Shown piece by piece: positions 63,335 to 64,000 of a stretch of DNA of 64,000 nt. Location of the stretch: assembly GCA_045863335.1 (NCBI GenBank), contig BTVY01000019.1, positions 6,939-70,938 on the forward strand, in the 5' to 3' direction. The notes below the pieces were generated by a model, which was not told where the DNA came from, searched no databases, and saw only the letters and a list, made by a program, of their open reading frames with translations. This stretch comes from Candidatus Hydrogenedentota bacterium. Lineage in GTDB: Bacteria > Hydrogenedentota > Hydrogenedentia > Hydrogenedentales > SLHB01. How positions within the stretch are numbered: the first letter of the stretch is position 1; the number at the start of each line of letters is the position of its first letter. Made by a program: the position numbers and the translations under genes.

Positions 63335-64000
63335 ATGCCATCATGGTTTTCCAAGGTATTCAAGAACGACACGGGAAAGGCGAAGCCCATTGAGAACAGG
63401 CCGACCCGGGACGAACTGGTCGGGGGCATCGACCTTTCCGAGGACGACGAGGAACCCACGCCCCAGCCCGAACCGGCCAAACCGCGGCGCGTGGTCAATG
63501 CGCCGGTCCTGACCGACGACATCGAACAATCGAGCTGGAGCGCCGACATCCGCATCAAGGCGCGGGTTGAGAAGGGCAATGGCGCCTGTGTGTTTATGGT
63601 GGACCGTCCCGTGTTCGAAGGACATTCCGCTTGGTTCCCCAGCGCCGAACTGGCCGGGGAGTCGCCGCTGGCCCAGGCCCTGTTCGCGGTGGACGGTGTG
63701 GACTCGGTGGTCATCCACGACTTTACGGTGACGGTCCGGCGCAAACCGACCGTCTTTGGCGACTGGGACCAGATGGCCAAGGAGATCGGCTCCATCATTC
63801 GCGGGCATCTGCTCGAAGAGAGGCCGGTGGTGAGTGATAAGTTTCTCGCGGATCTCCCCTCGGAGGACACGGTCCGCGAAACCTTGCAGCGGGTCATCGA
63901 CACGGAGATCAATCCCGGCATCGCGGCCCACTCCGGGGCCATCAAGCTGGACCGGGTCGAGGGCAACACCGTGTACATCGAAATGATGGGCGGCTGCCAG
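63335..64000 (+). CDS. NifU/Nfu-like iron-sulfur assembly protein (C-terminus runs off the right window edge)
   Basis: Not in the ORF track because it is open at the window edge. ATG 63335 lies 10 nt after AAGGAG. Hand translation gives MPSWFSKVFKNDTGK…, then …VIDTEINPGIAAHSGAIKLDRVEGNTVYIEMMGGCQ, where the NifU C-terminal motif GGCxGC begins at the edge. Confidence 0.8.
   Translation, partial: MPSWFSKVFKNDTGKAKPIENRPTRDELVGGIDLSEDDEEPTPQPEPAKPRRVVNAPVLTDDIEQSSWSADIRIKARVEKGNGACVFMVDRPVFEGHSAWFPSAELAGESPLAQALFAVDGVDSVVIHDFTVTVRRKPTVFGDWDQMAKEIGSIIRGHLLEERPVVSDKFLADLPSEDTVRETLQRVIDTEINPGIAAHSGAIKLDRVEGNTVYIEMMGGCQ

Noticed and set aside
63178-63978. 266-aa minus-strand ORF
   Set aside because: It is antisense to the NifU/Nfu-like gene (63335-64000), which has an SD, an ATG and the conserved NifU C-terminal motif.
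1-64000. Search for tRNA, rRNA, transposase, integrase, toxin-antitoxin or known defence-system genes
   Set aside because: No T-loop-like GGTTCGAATCC-type motifs lie in intergenic regions and there are no rRNA-like segments. No ORF has DDE/tyrosine-recombinase, nuclease-helicase or TA hallmarks recognisable by eye. None can be supported.

Overview
This is a gene-dense, high-GC (by eye roughly 60-65%, not computed) chromosomal segment from a diderm bacterium. It has about 50 credible protein genes. I saw no rRNA, tRNA, CRISPR array, transposase, integrase or phage genes. DUF1501, TSP3-repeat, HEAT-repeat, LysM and GT-C/TPR proteins suggest an environmental PVC-like or related lineage, but that placement is weak inference.

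Layout, left to right:
- 1-11.3 kb: a glycan/exopolysaccharide block with two GT4, two GT2, an epimerase and a Gfo/Idh/MocA oxidoreductase. Two zinc-ribbon proteins sit inside it and a DUF4914-like gene lies at the left edge.
- 11.4-15.1 kb: the conserved but uncharacterised operon of circularly permuted ATP-grasp, alpha-E and transglutaminase, followed by DUF2892.
- 15.5-20.7 kb: an RND/MMPL pump, a LolA-like protein and an outer-membrane barrel.
- 21-25.4 kb: an orphan PilT-like ATPase and a lytic transglycosylase with seven LysM domains.
- 25.8-35.7 kb: an orphan ABC permease, a DUF5009 acyltransferase, a large membrane protein, a GH42-like/nitrilase fusion and a secreted TSP3-repeat protein.
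- 35.9-39.3 kb: a ribose-type sugar ABC operon.
- 39.6-48.6 kb: a small-peptide gene, membrane proteins, HU and two GT-C-like proteins.
- 48.6-54.5 kb: DUF1501 and a Rieske/cytochrome b operon that includes a CydA-like protein fused to a haem-c domain.
- 54.9-58.4 kb: ArsC, a GNAT-nitrilase fusion and two more GNAT genes.
- 58.4-64 kb: an ECF sigma factor with a giant HEAT-repeat partner, an ALO-type FAD oxidase and a partial NifU-like gene.

The candidates I rate highest for novelty:
- the Rieske/cytochrome b plus bd-like/haem-c respiratory module;
- the two different nitrilase-superfamily fusions (GH42-like and GNAT);
- the LP[AE]GLG repeat shared by the RND pump and its neighbouring barrel.

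All family names come from motif recognition by eye, not from database searches. Many long ORFs in the supplied track are antisense or shadow frames typical of high-GC DNA, and I rejected them.
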